DNA of 64,000 nucleotides from an uncultured bacterium (GCA_963785075.1 CAWATW010000004.1:338516-402515), one strand, 5' to 3'. Counted from the first letter of the stretch, positions 1 to 10,067 are shown. A program made the numbers and translations. Notes: generated by a model from the letters alone, not told the origin.

Positions 1-150
1 GCCACCGAAGCACGCATCGTCACGCTGCTCACGCAGACCGAGGAAGCGATGGCCGCCCTGGCACAACGCAAGGCAGAGATCCGGCAGGAGATGGATCACA
101 TGGGCCGTCTCCGCTCCGCAGGCGCCGGATACATCCGCTACGACACCTGA
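1..150 (+). CDS. 3' end of an unidentified CDS that continues upstream of the window
   Basis: Frame 1 is open from the window edge to TGA at 148-150 (..EARIVTLLTQTEEAMAALAQRKAEIRQEMDHMGRLRSAGAGYIRYDT*). No family recognised. Confidence 0.35.
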   Translation, partial: ATEARIVTLLTQTEEAMAALAQRKAEIRQEMDHMGRLRSAGAGYIRYDT

Positions 151-194
151 CCGGCCACCCGCCTTGTGGCGGATCACGTCGAGCGTGCGTGGAC

Positions 195-222
195 CGTACG
201 ACGTAGGACGTTCAACGTCCCG
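195..222. repeat. 4 tandem heptamers CGTNNNA (cgtacga cgtagga cgttcaa cgtcccg) upstream of flgB
   Basis: Direct reading of the sequence; followed by ggacg. Confidence 0.5.
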
Positions 223-260
223 GACGACACCATCCGTCACGGCGCGCGATCGCAGCCACT

Positions 261-288
261 CGTTCTACGTTCGACGTTCTACCTTCTA
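261..288. repeat. 4 tandem heptamers CGTTCKA (cgttcta cgttcga cgttcta ccttcta) followed by cggaccc, upstream of flgB
   Basis: Direct reading of the sequence. Confidence 0.55.
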
Positions 289-482
289 CGGACCCCAGGC
301 GGCGAGCCAATCCCCTCCCCCCGTCGAACGCTTCGCGTGAAAAGCGTCCTCACCCTTAACCGCGGGCTTGGTCAGTCGACAGGCGTACTCGACAACCGAA
401 TACATGGAAGATTCAACGGCGACAGGGACGAGCGCACGGCGTTCGCCCCTGTCGTTTTCTCGTTTTGGAGGAGCCCAAGTCA

Positions 483-836
483 ATGATCACGAGTACCGAC
501 CTCACCACACAGGCCATCGAATGGGCGCTGTCTGGCCTCGAGCGTCGCTCCGAGGTCATCGCCAACAACGTGGCCAACGCCGAGGTCCCCAACTTCCGGG
601 CACAGCGGGTCGAGTTCGAAGGTCAGCTCTCCGCGGCCCTCGGCACAGGACAGACCGATCGGAGCGTCGAGGCAACGGTCGTCAGCACGGGAACGGCACC
701 CGGTGCCAACGGCAACAACGTCCAGATGGAGGACGAGCTGGTCGGGATGCTGGAAACCAACCTCATGAAGACCGCAATGATCGAAGCCTTCAACTACAAG
801 GCCAGCCTCATCAGGCTGGCGGTCGGGAGCCGCTGA
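483..836 (+). CDS. flgB: flagellar basal-body rod protein FlgB
   Basis: N-term ...AIEWALSGLERRSEVIANNVANAEVPNFRA.. matches the rod-protein N-terminal motif. GGAGG RBS at 468-472. Alternative ATG at 465. The stop overlaps the flgC start. Confidence 0.85.
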   Translation: MITSTDLTTQAIEWALSGLERRSEVIANNVANAEVPNFRAQRVEFEGQLSAALGTGQTDRSVEATVVSTGTAPGANGNNVQMEDELVGMLETNLMKTAMIEAFNYKASLIRLAVGSR

Positions 837-1228
837 TGAGCGTGTTCGGGTCCATCGACATCGCACGAACGGGCGCCGGCCTCAGCCGAACCTGGCTGGA
901 CGCCATCGCCCACAACATCGCCAACGTCAACACCATCAACCCGGCCGAGGACGAACCGTTCAGGGCAAAGGTCGTGGTCGCCGCAGCCCGCACCGACGGC
1001 ACCGGCGTGGACGTCGCAGGCGTACGCGAAGCGCCGGGTGATGCGCCCATGGCCTACGACCCCACGCATCCGCTGGCGGACGAGGACGGCTACGTGAATC
1101 GTCCAGTCGTTGATCTCGCCGGCCAGATGGCCGATCTGATCGCTGCACAACGGAGCTATCAGGCGAATCTGTCGGTTGTGAAGTCGGGCCGCGAGGCGTA
1201 CGAAGCAGCGCTGAGGCTCGGGCGATGA
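836..1228 (+). CDS. flgC: flagellar basal-body rod protein FlgC
   Basis: MSVFGSIDIARTGAGLSRTWLDAIAHNIANVNT.. and C-term ..VDLAGQMADLIAAQRSYQANLSVVKSGREAYEAAL (rod C-terminal motif). ATG overlaps the flgB TGA. Confidence 0.85.
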   Translation: MSVFGSIDIARTGAGLSRTWLDAIAHNIANVNTINPAEDEPFRAKVVVAAARTDGTGVDVAGVREAPGDAPMAYDPTHPLADEDGYVNRPVVDLAGQMADLIAAQRSYQANLSVVKSGREAYEAALRLGR

Positions 1229-1527
1229 CGTCTCCAATCGGACCCATCTCGGGAATCACCTCCATCGTCCGCCCGGCGACGGAGCGGATCACGCCCGCGG
1301 CGGACGGCGCCAACTTCGCCGACAAGATCGGAAGCGCGCTGCAGTCGGTCTCCGACGGGGAGCGCACTGCCGACCTGATGGCCCAAGACGTCGCCGCAGG
1401 CGGCGACACGCCCGTCCATGAACTGATGATCGCGACCACCAAGGCGACGCTCGGCGTGGAAACGCTTGTCCAGGTGCGCAACAAGGCGGTCGAGGCGTAC
1501 CAAGAAATAATGCGGATGCAGGTCTGA
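1225..1527 (+). CDS. fliE: flagellar hook-basal body complex protein FliE
   Basis: About 100 aa, conserved fliE position after flgC. ATGA overlap with the flgC stop. Confidence 0.75.
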   Translation: MTSPIGPISGITSIVRPATERITPAADGANFADKIGSALQSVSDGERTADLMAQDVAAGGDTPVHELMIATTKATLGVETLVQVRNKAVEAYQEIMRMQV

Positions 1528-1528
1528 C

Positions 1529-3055
1529 ATGGCGGCCACCGAAACCTTGAAGCGTCTCCTTCGGGACCTGACCGCCTCCCAGAAGTCCGTGATGGCGGCA
1601 GCAACCGTCGTCGTCCTGATCGCGTCGGCGGCGTTCTTCACCTGGGTGACGCAGCCTTCGTACACTGTTCTCTATTCGGGGATCGACGAGACCCAGCTCA
1701 GCCAGGTCGTGGACTCATTGGAGGCTGCGGGCGTGCCGTATCGGCTCGAAGGCGGTGGATCGAGGGTCCTCGTGCCGCAGGACTCGGTGTACCGGGTTCG
1801 AGCCGACCTCGCCGCCGACGGGATCCAGGCCTCGGTGGTCCCTCAGGGTTACGAACTGCTCGACGAGCAGGGGCTTTCGGTGTCGGACTTTCGCCAGCGC
1901 GTCGACTACCAACGAGCTCTCGAGGGTGAACTCGCCCGAACTCTCACAGCGATGGGGTCGGTCGACAGCTCGACAGTGCATCTGGTCATCCCCGAAGAGG
2001 CGCTCTTCGTGGAGAACCAAGAGCCGGTGACGGCTTCGGTGCTCGTCGATCCGAATGGTTCCCTCGCCGACTCGGACATCGAAGCGATCGTGATGCTTGT
2101 CGCATCCTCGGTCGAAGGCCTCGAACCCAGCCAGGTCACAGTCGCCTCGACCGATGGGGTCGTTCTCCATGCCGCCGGAGAGGACGGCGCCACTGCGCTC
2201 GGCAATCGCCAGCTCAGGCTGACGTCGGACTTCGAGACTGCACTCTCCACCGACATCAACGAGATGCTGGCATCGGTCCTCGGGGCTGGGCGCGCATCGG
2301 TCGTCGTCCGCGCCGAGCTCGACTTCGACGAGCGCTCGACCGAGAGCGAGACCTATTCCCCCGAGTCGGCGACCGCCCTCCGTAGCCAGGTGATCGAAGA
2401 GACCTTCACCGGAGCAGGCGCAGCGCCGGTCGGGTCGGTCGGTGTCGACGGCGCCGCCATCGACACCGGTGACGGGGCGTACGACTACTCCCGGAACGAG
2501 GACACCACCGAGTTCGGCATCGATCGAGTCGTGGTCAAGACCACCGAGGCGCCCGGAACGGTCGAACGTCTCTCGGTGGCCGTGGTCGTGGACGACGGCA
2601 GCCTCACCGGGGCGACCGCGCCCGACGTGACGGCGATCGAGTCCCTCGTCACGGCTGCGATCGGCGCACAACAGCAACGCGGCGATACGGTCGAGGTGTC
2701 GGCCGTGCCATTCCCCGCATTGCCCGAAGCAATCGAAGGAGCGCCCTTGGAAGAGGGCGGGATCATGACGTTGATCCCGACGATCATCGGCGCGCTCGTC
2801 CTCCTGCTCGTCACGGTGGCACTGTTCCTGATGAGCCGGGGCAGCAAGAAGAAGGCGAGGAAGGGCGAGATCATCGAGCTCGCGCAGGCATTGCCGGGTG
2901 GCGACGGATCCGCGATCGACGCCAACGACATGGCCAATCAGAACGCCGTTCTCGGCCTCACCGACGACGTGATCCAACTCGTGGAACGTCAGCCGGAGGA
3001 GATCGCCACCCTGCTCAGGTCTTGGCTCGCCGACCGCCGTGAGACGGTGGGCTGA
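1529..3055 (+). CDS. fliF: flagellar MS-ring protein FliF
   Basis: 508 aa with an N-terminal TM segment, a periplasmic ring region (..YRLEGGGSRVLVPQDSVYRVRADLA..), a C-terminal TM segment and a charged tail. Confidence 0.9.
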   Translation: MAATETLKRLLRDLTASQKSVMAAATVVVLIASAAFFTWVTQPSYTVLYSGIDETQLSQVVDSLEAAGVPYRLEGGGSRVLVPQDSVYRVRADLAADGIQASVVPQGYELLDEQGLSVSDFRQRVDYQRALEGELARTLTAMGSVDSSTVHLVIPEEALFVENQEPVTASVLVDPNGSLADSDIEAIVMLVASSVEGLEPSQVTVASTDGVVLHAAGEDGATALGNRQLRLTSDFETALSTDINEMLASVLGAGRASVVVRAELDFDERSTESETYSPESATALRSQVIEETFTGAGAAPVGSVGVDGAAIDTGDGAYDYSRNEDTTEFGIDRVVVKTTEAPGTVERLSVAVVVDDGSLTGATAPDVTAIESLVTAAIGAQQQRGDTVEVSAVPFPALPEAIEGAPLEEGGIMTLIPTIIGALVLLLVTVALFLMSRGSKKKARKGEIIELAQALPGGDGSAIDANDMANQNAVLGLTDDVIQLVERQPEEIATLLRSWLADRRETVG

Positions 3056-4083
3056 TGGCAAACGGCTCTGCGCTTCCTGTCCCGACCGGCCCCCGAGGGG
3101 TGGCCGTCCCCGCACCTCGCCAGCGAGCGGCGGCTCTCGTGCTGGCGATCGGGTCGGGCAAAGCAGCCAACATCCTCGAGCATCTCAGTCCCGACGAGAT
3201 AGCACTCCTCGCGGAGGAGGTCTCCAGCCTCGGCGACATCGACTCGGCGACGCGCAATTCGCTCATGGCGCGCACGCTCAACCACATGATGTCCATCGAT
3301 CCGAGCGAGGAGGCACGACTGCTGAGGATGCGTGCCGATGCCATGAGGGCTGCGGCAGAGCTGGATGAGCTCGGACACTTCGACCCGCACCAGCCCTTTC
3401 GATTCCTCCAGAAGGTGGAGCTCGACCAGGCGGTTCAGTTCCTCGCCAACGAGCACCCTCAGACCGCCGCCGTGATCCTCGCAGCGCAGCCGCCTACCTT
3501 CGCAGCCAAGGTGTTGTCCCACTTCGATCCGACCGAGGCAGGCGACATCTCGCTTCGCATCGCCACCATCGGCAAGACGCCGACCGAGGTCATCCAACGG
3601 ATCGAGCAGGCGATGCGAAAGAACCTCAGCGAAAGCAACGAAGGCGAGGGCGAAACGCGAGACGGACCAAAGGAGCTGGCCGCAATCCTCAACAACGCAG
3701 ATCGCGACATAGAGGAGAAGGTGCTCGCCCATCTCACCTCGTTCGACCAGGAACTCGCCGAACGAGTTCGATCGCTCATGTTCGTCTTCGAGGATGTTCA
3801 GACGCTCGAAGACCGGGCCATCCAGCAGGTACTGCAACAGGTGAACACGAACTCGCTGGCACTTGCCCTGAAAGGCGTCGACGAGGCCGTACGCGACAAG
3901 ATCCTCAACAACCTGTCGGAGCGGGCACGCGAGTCGCTCCTGGAGGAATTCGATCTCCTCGGCGCCGTCCGCAAACAGGACGTCATGGAGGCTCGGACCG
4001 CAATCGTCGCCACCATCCGCTCGCTCGAGGCGAGCGGCCAGATCGTGATCGCAAGAGGAGACGACAGTGAGTTCATCGAATAG
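3055..4083 (+). CDS. fliG: flagellar motor switch protein FliG
   Basis: 342 aa, ..AALVLAIGSGKAANILEHLSPDEIALLAEEV.. and a FliG C-terminal domain. ATG overlaps the fliF TGA. Confidence 0.9.
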   Translation: MANGSALPVPTGPRGVAVPAPRQRAAALVLAIGSGKAANILEHLSPDEIALLAEEVSSLGDIDSATRNSLMARTLNHMMSIDPSEEARLLRMRADAMRAAAELDELGHFDPHQPFRFLQKVELDQAVQFLANEHPQTAAVILAAQPPTFAAKVLSHFDPTEAGDISLRIATIGKTPTEVIQRIEQAMRKNLSESNEGEGETRDGPKELAAILNNADRDIEEKVLAHLTSFDQELAERVRSLMFVFEDVQTLEDRAIQQVLQQVNTNSLALALKGVDEAVRDKILNNLSERARESLLEEFDLLGAVRKQDVMEARTAIVATIRSLEASGQIVIARGDDSEFIE

Positions 4084-4651
4084 CGGTGTCCTTCGTCAGC
4101 CGTTCCTGGCGACCGATCCGCATGTCATGGGGAACGCACACGCCGGGTTCCTCGATCCGACGTTCCTCGAGCACATCGATGAAGCGCGTAGCTCTGGATA
4201 CGACCAGGGCTTCGCAGATGGAGCGAAGGCGGCCGAGGCCGCGGCTCGCCGGTCCGCCGAGGCGGCGGCTCAACGGCTCAGGACTGCCGCCACCGACGCC
4301 GTCGCCCACCTCGCATCCGCGACCGTCGACTTGGTCCCGCAACTGCTCGACGTGGCGATTGCGATCGCACGCAACATCGTCGCCGAGGTGCCGGAGCAGG
4401 TCAGTGCCTCTCTCGGCGATCGGATCGCCGTGGCGCTCTCCCAGATCGACGATGACCGACTGACGATTTCCGTCTCGCCGGGAGATCTCGGCGAGGTGTC
4501 CGCCGGATTCGGGTCGGTTCCCGGACTTACCGTCGTACCCGACGAGGCGCTCGGAGCCGGCGAAGCTCGCATCGACGGTGTCTGGGCCCACGCCGATCTG
4601 ACCATTCCGATGGCGTGGGCCATCGTGGAGGAGAACCTCCGTGGCCGATGA
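4067..4651 (+). CDS. fliH: flagellar export/assembly protein FliH
   Basis: GTG start 7 nt after an AAGAGGAG RBS. FliH-like Ala/Glu-rich coiled region. Sits between fliG and fliI. Confidence 0.7.
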   Translation: MSSSNSGVLRQPFLATDPHVMGNAHAGFLDPTFLEHIDEARSSGYDQGFADGAKAAEAAARRSAEAAAQRLRTAATDAVAHLASATVDLVPQLLDVAIAIARNIVAEVPEQVSASLGDRIAVALSQIDDDRLTISVSPGDLGEVSAGFGSVPGLTVVPDEALGAGEARIDGVWAHADLTIPMAWAIVEENLRGR

Positions 4652-5933
4652 GCTCCGCAGCCTGCCGCTTCTCGTCCAAGGGTCCCTCGCGCGGGTCGTC
4701 GGGCACGAGCTGGAGGTACGCGGGCTCCGACTCCGACTGGGAGACGCTCTGGAAGTGACGGGCGTCGACGGATCCAGGCTGGCCGAGGTCGTCGCCGTCG
4801 AGCCGGAAGGCGCCACCGCCCTGGTATACGGCGACACCACGGGTTTGGGTCGCGGCGACCGCGTCACACGCCTCGACAGCGTGCCGGGTGCGGTCGTCGG
4901 ACCGGCACTCGTGGGAAGGGTCGTGGATGCACTGGGGCAGCCGATGGACGGGAAGGGACCGATTCTCGGCGAAGCCGTCAGGCTCGACTCCAACACCCCG
5001 GCCGCCATGGAGCGGCGTCGCATCGACACTCCGATCACCACCGGTGTGCGCCTCATCGACACCCTCTGCACCATCGGGAAGGGCCAGAGGGTCGGCATCT
5101 TCGGCGGATCGGGGGTCGGCAAGTCCACCCTGCTGGGAATGCTCGCGAAGGGGCAGCAAGCCGACGTCGCGGTGATCGGGCTCATCGGTGAGCGCGGCCG
5201 CGAAGTTCGTGAGTTCATCGAAGACGAACTCGGTCCCGAAGGAATGGCCCGGTCGATCGTCATCGTCGCAACGTCGGATCAACCGGCCCTGCTCCGACTC
5301 CGAGCCGCCCTCTACGCGACCCGGGCGGCGGAGTGGTTCGCCGATCGCGGAAACGACGTTGTGCTGATGATGGACTCGATCACCCGTCTCGCAATGGCCC
5401 AGCGCGAGGTCGGCCTCGCTGCGGGCGAGCCTCCGACCGCACGTGGCTACACCCCCTCCGTGTTCTCCATGCTGCCGAAGATCCTCGAGCGGTCGGGACC
5501 GCGGGTCCATGGCACCATCACGGCCCTCTACACCGTGCTCGTCGACGGCGACGACATGAACGATCCCGTGGCAGATGCCGTTCGAGGAATCCTCGACGGA
5601 CACCTGGTTCTGGACCGCAACCTCGCGGTTCAGGGTCGATATCCCGCCATCGATCCCCTCGCTTCGCTCAGTCGTCTCGCCCAGAAACTGTGGAACGAGC
5701 GCCAGGCACGGGTGGCTTCCGCCACACGCGATGCGCTCGCTGCCGCGACCGAGGTCCAGGAATTGGTCGAAGTCGGCGCGTACGTGTCGGGATCGAACCC
5801 TCGGGCGGACAAGGGCCTACGGGTCGCGCCGCAGCTCGTGGAGTTTCTCAGACAGCGGCCGTCCGACCTGACACCGGCGGAGAGGTCATGGCAGGCGCTG
5901 TCAGAGATCTGCACGAGAGGTGAGCTCATATGA
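4641..5933 (+). CDS. fliI: flagellum-specific ATP synthase FliI
   Basis: Walker A GGSGVGKSTLLGM, Walker B VVLMMDSITRLA, F1/T3SS ATPase fold. Confidence 0.92.
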   Translation: MADELRSLPLLVQGSLARVVGHELEVRGLRLRLGDALEVTGVDGSRLAEVVAVEPEGATALVYGDTTGLGRGDRVTRLDSVPGAVVGPALVGRVVDALGQPMDGKGPILGEAVRLDSNTPAAMERRRIDTPITTGVRLIDTLCTIGKGQRVGIFGGSGVGKSTLLGMLAKGQQADVAVIGLIGERGREVREFIEDELGPEGMARSIVIVATSDQPALLRLRAALYATRAAEWFADRGNDVVLMMDSITRLAMAQREVGLAAGEPPTARGYTPSVFSMLPKILERSGPRVHGTITALYTVLVDGDDMNDPVADAVRGILDGHLVLDRNLAVQGRYPAIDPLASLSRLAQKLWNERQARVASATRDALAAATEVQELVEVGAYVSGSNPRADKGLRVAPQLVEFLRQRPSDLTPAERSWQALSEICTRGELI

Positions 5934-6346
5934 AAGACATGTCCCGCCTCCTCCGGGTCCGCAAGATCTGGGAGAAGCAGGCCCGCTCACAACTGGGCGA
6001 GGCCACCACCGAACTGAACGAAGCGGAGACCCAGGCGGTCAAGTCTCTCGAGGAGCATCGGACCACGACCTCGGCCCCTCCTACGGGAACCCGGCTCGAC
6101 GACCTGACGGTCCGCCGTATCGCCGGCATGGCTACTCACGAGAGGTACACGGCGGCCGAGCTGGTCCGCCAGCAGGCCGATCACCGGGCCCGGGCTGCAC
6201 ACGGCGCGTGGCGCCGGAGCGCTCAGGACCTCGAGGTCACCGACAAGCTCGAAGAGCGCAGAAAGCAGGCGCTCGCCTATCTCGCACGCCGATCCGCCGA
6301 AGCGACCCTCGACGAGCTGATGGCGATGAGGAAGAGAACGAAGTGA
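5930..6346 (+). CDS. fliJ: flagellar export chaperone FliJ-like coiled-coil protein
   Basis: 138 aa, predicted coiled coil. Conserved position after fliI. ATGA overlap with fliI. Confidence 0.6.
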   Translation: MKDMSRLLRVRKIWEKQARSQLGEATTELNEAETQAVKSLEEHRTTTSAPPTGTRLDDLTVRRIAGMATHERYTAAELVRQQADHRARAAHGAWRRSAQDLEVTDKLEERRKQALAYLARRSAEATLDELMAMRKRTK

Positions 6347-6942
6347 GCGGGATTGCATCGGTGATGGCGCGAATCAGCCAGATTCAATCGATGGCGACAC
6401 ACGTCTCTGGCGGGTCCGGGCCCACGTTCGAGGCCGCGCTCGCAGAGGCAGCGTCGAGTTCGAACGCCGCCGCCACCAGCTCTCCGTCGACTCGAACCCG
6501 CACGAGCGGAGTCGGCTCGACGGATCTACCCGTCGACACGCTCCCGACCGGCGCTGCCCGCTGGAAGGCGTCGATCGAGCGGGCGGCCCGCGCCAACGGG
6601 ATCGATCCCAAGCTCCTGACCGCCCTGGTGTGGGTGGAGTCGGGGTTCGATCCCAGTGCCGTGTCACACGCCGGTGCGATCGGGCTCGCCCAGCTCATGC
6701 CCGCCACCGCCGAAGGTTTGAAGGTGGATCCGTACGACCCCGAGCAGAACCTCGACGGGGGCGCCCGTTTCCTCGCTGCCATGGTCGATCGCTTCGGAAG
6801 CACCGAGCTCGGCCTGGCCGCGTACAACGTCGGACCCGCACGAGTCGGGTCCCTCCTCAACGACCAACCCGGCGTTCCCGTGGCCGAAGGCTACGTGAAC
6901 GCAGTACTCGACCGATTCCGACAACTTGGAGGAACCGAGTGA
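6343..6942 (+). CDS. flagellar-locus lytic transglycosylase (SLT domain, FlgJ/SltF-like peptidoglycan hydrolase)
   Basis: ..LVWVESGFDPSAVSHAGAIGLAQLMPATAEGL..NLDGGARFLAAMVDRFGSTELGLAAYNVGP.. is an SLT catalytic-domain signature. GTG at 6343 overlaps the fliJ stop. Alternative ATG at 6364. Confidence 0.7.
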   Translation: MSGIASVMARISQIQSMATHVSGGSGPTFEAALAEAASSSNAAATSSPSTRTRTSGVGSTDLPVDTLPTGAARWKASIERAARANGIDPKLLTALVWVESGFDPSAVSHAGAIGLAQLMPATAEGLKVDPYDPEQNLDGGARFLAAMVDRFGSTELGLAAYNVGPARVGSLLNDQPGVPVAEGYVNAVLDRFRQLGGTE

Positions 6943-8174
6943 TGATCCCTCCCTTGATGGGCTCGACCCCCGTCCCAGAGAGCACCGACCAGCCCGGCGA
7001 GGGGTTCGCGAACGCGATGGCCGCGGCCTTGGTCATGGTGACGCCGCCTCCCGCCGCTCCGCCGGCTACGTCGGTTGCGTCGGCCCCGTCGACCGGCCAG
7101 GACGGGGCGTCCGCCCCGGCGCCTGCGATTCCCCCCGGTTCCAGGCTCACCGTCCCCGCCCCTGCACCCTTCACGACGATGCCGGACCAGATCGCCCGTC
7201 TGGCGACGCCGACCTCGCCTGAACACGACGCGGATCTGGGCCAGGCCGCCGGTTCGATGGTTGCTTCCGCCGGAAACCCGACGCGGCTCGCGACCGCCGG
7301 AAGCACGACACCCGTCGTGACCCCCGCGGACCCGGTGCCGTCCCCACCGACGGACCTAGAGATGATCGAGCGGCCGCCAGGACACGTCGAGTTGGTCGAG
7401 CCGCCCGCTGCGCCCACGGAGGAACCGGCCGAAGTGGTGACCCCCGATGTGATCACCGAGCTCACGACGGCGGAAGCAACCGCAGAGGTGCCCCGCCCGG
7501 CCGTGGTCACATCGCCGACGGCTCCGCCCCGCGTCGAATCCCCGATGCCCCTCACACGCCCCGCAGGCGAACCAACGGCGCCTGCGGTCATGCCATCGAA
7601 CGGTCCACGGCCCGAGGTTCCGGTCGCCGCGGAAGCCGTCACACCGCACGTCGGTGCCGACCCTGCTCCGGCCACGACCCCGACGAGCAGCGAGAGCGTC
7701 TCGGTCCCCGACGCCGGTCCCGTTGAACCCGCCCGCCAGGCGGAACTCCCCGGACGCGAACCGGTCGAGACGACCACGTCCGTCGCAGCTGCCGAGCCCG
7801 CACCCGGCCACACCTCGGGCGTTTCCTCATCCGAGCCTCAGGCCGCTCCCTCGTCGGCGTTGCGCAGGGTGGAAGAAGCCGTACGGCGTCTCGAGAACGC
7901 TGCTCCGCCGCGGACGATCACCGTCACCGTCGACGACCACGGACTGCATCGTGTGACCGTGAGCCTGATGTCCGATGGGGTCAGGCTCACGGTTCCAGAC
8001 GGCGCAACCACCGATCCCCAGTTGGTCGCCGACATGGAGCGTGCACTCGAGAGCCGTGGTTTCGACATGAGCGGTCGCCGGCGCGGCGGGAGCCCCGACC
8101 AGACCGATGATGCCGGCGACTTCGTTCCGACCCAGGCGCAGACACGCCGTACCGACGCCGGATACCGGCTTTGA
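6942..8174 (+). CDS. fliK: flagellar hook-length control protein FliK (Pro/Ala-rich)
   Basis: Extended P/A/T-rich linker and a C-terminal ..TITVTVDDHGLHRVTVSLMSDGVRLTV.. hook-length-control-like domain. GGAGG RBS 9 nt upstream. The start overlaps the SLT gene stop. Confidence 0.65.
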   Translation: MIPPLMGSTPVPESTDQPGEGFANAMAAALVMVTPPPAAPPATSVASAPSTGQDGASAPAPAIPPGSRLTVPAPAPFTTMPDQIARLATPTSPEHDADLGQAAGSMVASAGNPTRLATAGSTTPVVTPADPVPSPPTDLEMIERPPGHVELVEPPAAPTEEPAEVVTPDVITELTTAEATAEVPRPAVVTSPTAPPRVESPMPLTRPAGEPTAPAVMPSNGPRPEVPVAAEAVTPHVGADPAPATTPTSSESVSVPDAGPVEPARQAELPGREPVETTTSVAAAEPAPGHTSGVSSSEPQAAPSSALRRVEEAVRRLENAAPPRTITVTVDDHGLHRVTVSLMSDGVRLTVPDGATTDPQLVADMERALESRGFDMSGRRRGGSPDQTDDAGDFVPTQAQTRRTDAGYRL

Positions 8175-8184
8175 AGGAGATGCC

Positions 8185-8589
8185 ATGACCGATGCAGTCA
8201 ATGCAATTGCCGCACAGACGCAGGCCCAGCCCACTTCGCTCGGTGGTCTCGGCGGCGAGGCATTCCTCCAACTGCTCGTCGCCCAGCTGCGATACCAGAA
8301 CCCCATGGACCCGAGCGACGGGACCGAGTTCCTCCAGCAAACCGCGCAGTTCACCCAGGTCGAGACCCTGCAAACACTCGCCGACACCCAGGCCCAACTC
8401 ATGAATCTCACCCAGTTTTCGCTTGCCGTCGGCCTGAGCGGAAAGACGATCGAGGCCATCGGCACAGATGGTTCTCGGGTGACCGGGCAGGTGGCCGGCG
8501 TGCGGTTCACCGCCGACGGCCCCGAGCTCGAGGTCGACACGCAATGGATTCCGATCGCCAACGTACTGGAGGTGGAGCCGGGCACCTGA
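8185..8589 (+). CDS. flgD: flagellar hook capping/assembly protein FlgD
   Basis: ..FLQLLVAQLRYQNPMDPSDGTEFLQQTAQFTQVE.. is the FlgD signature. AGGAGA RBS. Confidence 0.8.
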   Translation: MTDAVNAIAAQTQAQPTSLGGLGGEAFLQLLVAQLRYQNPMDPSDGTEFLQQTAQFTQVETLQTLADTQAQLMNLTQFSLAVGLSGKTIEAIGTDGSRVTGQVAGVRFTADGPELEVDTQWIPIANVLEVEPGT

Positions 8590-8802
8590 GTTCGCAGGCG
8601 ACGAGGCCTGCCATGGCCACTTCACGCGACCGCCTTCGCCCGGCATCGACGGAGGCCGCGCCCGCCGACCCACCCGGGGCGGCCGGCATTTCACCACACC
8701 ACTGAAGTCAACCGACAAACAGACGACGAGAAGAGAAGCGGGCCGACGGATCGGCCGGCACCACACCCACGGATGGGCCTCTACAAGGAGGACCACTCCA
8801 CC

Positions 8803-10029
8803 ATGATGCGCTCGATGTTCGCCGGGATCTCCGGCCTCCGTTCGCACCAGACGATGATGGACGTCGTCGGTAACAACATCGCCAACGTGAACACCGCCGG
8901 GTACAAGGCCTCGGTCGTCACCTTTCAAGAAGCCTTGACCCAGACGCTGCAGGGCCCGTCGGCCGGCGGCGCCAACCAGGGCGGCTCCAACCCGATCACA
9001 ATCGGGCTCGGCACCAAGGTCGCCACCATCGACGGCGTGTTCACACAGGGTGCGAGTCAGGTGACGGGCCGCAACACGGACCTAGCGATTCAGGGCGATG
9101 GATTCTTCGTGATGGAGAACGCGGGCTCTCGCTTCTACACGCGAGCCGGCAACTTCAGCTTCGATTCCGCGGGCAACTTGACCGGACCGGGGGGAGCCCG
9201 GGTGATGGGATGGACCGCGGACACAACCGGCGCCATCGATTTCTCACGACCGCTCTCGGCGATCCAGCTCCCGCTCACGCAGGTGATCGATCCCATCGTG
9301 ACGACCAGTGTGTCGCTCGGCGGGAACCTGCCGGCCGATGCTGCCGTGGGTAACACCCAGGTCACGACCATCAGTGTGTACGACTCGGTCGGGAACTCCC
9401 ACGAAATGGTGGCGACCTTCACGAAGACCGGAACCAACACGTGGTCGGTGTCCGCCGCGGTCGACGGAGCCGCTGCGACTCTGTCGAGCAGCACTGTGAC
9501 GTTCGATACGAGCGGAGCGCTGACCTCTGCAAGCCCGATCACGTTGACCGGCGTCACACCCGCCGGAGCAGCTCCACTGAACATCGACATCGACCTCTCG
9601 ACCGACACGCCGCTCGTGCAGTTCGGAGGTTCGCCCACGATGGCCGCCTTCTCCCAGAACGGCAACGAAATCGGCTTCATGCGGAGCTTCGTGATCAGCG
9701 ACGACGGCACCATCGTGGGCCAGTTCTCCAACGGCTGGACCAAGACGCTCGGCACGGTCGCCACTGCGACGTTCACGAACCCGGCAGGCTTGATGCGCAG
9801 CGGCGAATCGCGTTTCCAGGAGAGCATCAACTCCGGCCAGCCGATCGTCGGGACGCCCGGCTCCGGAAACCGGGGTCTGCTGTCGGCCGGCACGCTCGAG
9901 ATGTCGAACGTCGATCTCGCCGCCGAATTCACGAACATGATCATCGCCCAGCGTGGTTTCCAGGCGAACAGCCGTGTGATCACCGCCGCCGACGAAATCC
10001 TGTCGGACCTGGTCAATCTGAAGCGTTGA
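8803..10029 (+). CDS. flgE: flagellar hook protein FlgE
   Basis: MMRSMFAGISGLRSHQTMMDVVGNNIANVNTAGYK.. and C-term ..LEMSNVDLAAEFTNMIIAQRGFQANSRVITAADEIL.. AAGGAGGA RBS. Confidence 0.9.
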   Translation: MMRSMFAGISGLRSHQTMMDVVGNNIANVNTAGYKASVVTFQEALTQTLQGPSAGGANQGGSNPITIGLGTKVATIDGVFTQGASQVTGRNTDLAIQGDGFFVMENAGSRFYTRAGNFSFDSAGNLTGPGGARVMGWTADTTGAIDFSRPLSAIQLPLTQVIDPIVTTSVSLGGNLPADAAVGNTQVTTISVYDSVGNSHEMVATFTKTGTNTWSVSAAVDGAAATLSSSTVTFDTSGALTSASPITLTGVTPAGAAPLNIDIDLSTDTPLVQFGGSPTMAAFSQNGNEIGFMRSFVISDDGTIVGQFSNGWTKTLGTVATATFTNPAGLMRSGESRFQESINSGQPIVGTPGSGNRGLLSAGTLEMSNVDLAAEFTNMIIAQRGFQANSRVITAADEILSDLVNLKR

Positions 10030-10037
10030 TGCATGAC

Positions 10038-10066
10038 GGTCCTCGGGCCCACAGGGCCCGAGGACC
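10038..10066 (+). terminator. perfect 13-bp stem/3-nt loop hairpin immediately after the flgE stop
   Basis: ggtcctcgggccc-aca-gggcccgaggacc. No U-tract, which is usual for high-GC genomes. Confidence 0.45.
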
Positions 10067-10067
10067 G

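Noticed and set aside
368-1228. 286-aa ORF fusing upstream junk to flgC
   Set aside because: The N-terminal 155 aa are an Arg/Gly-rich shadow overlapping flgB. The real start is the ATG at 836, coupled to the flgB stop.
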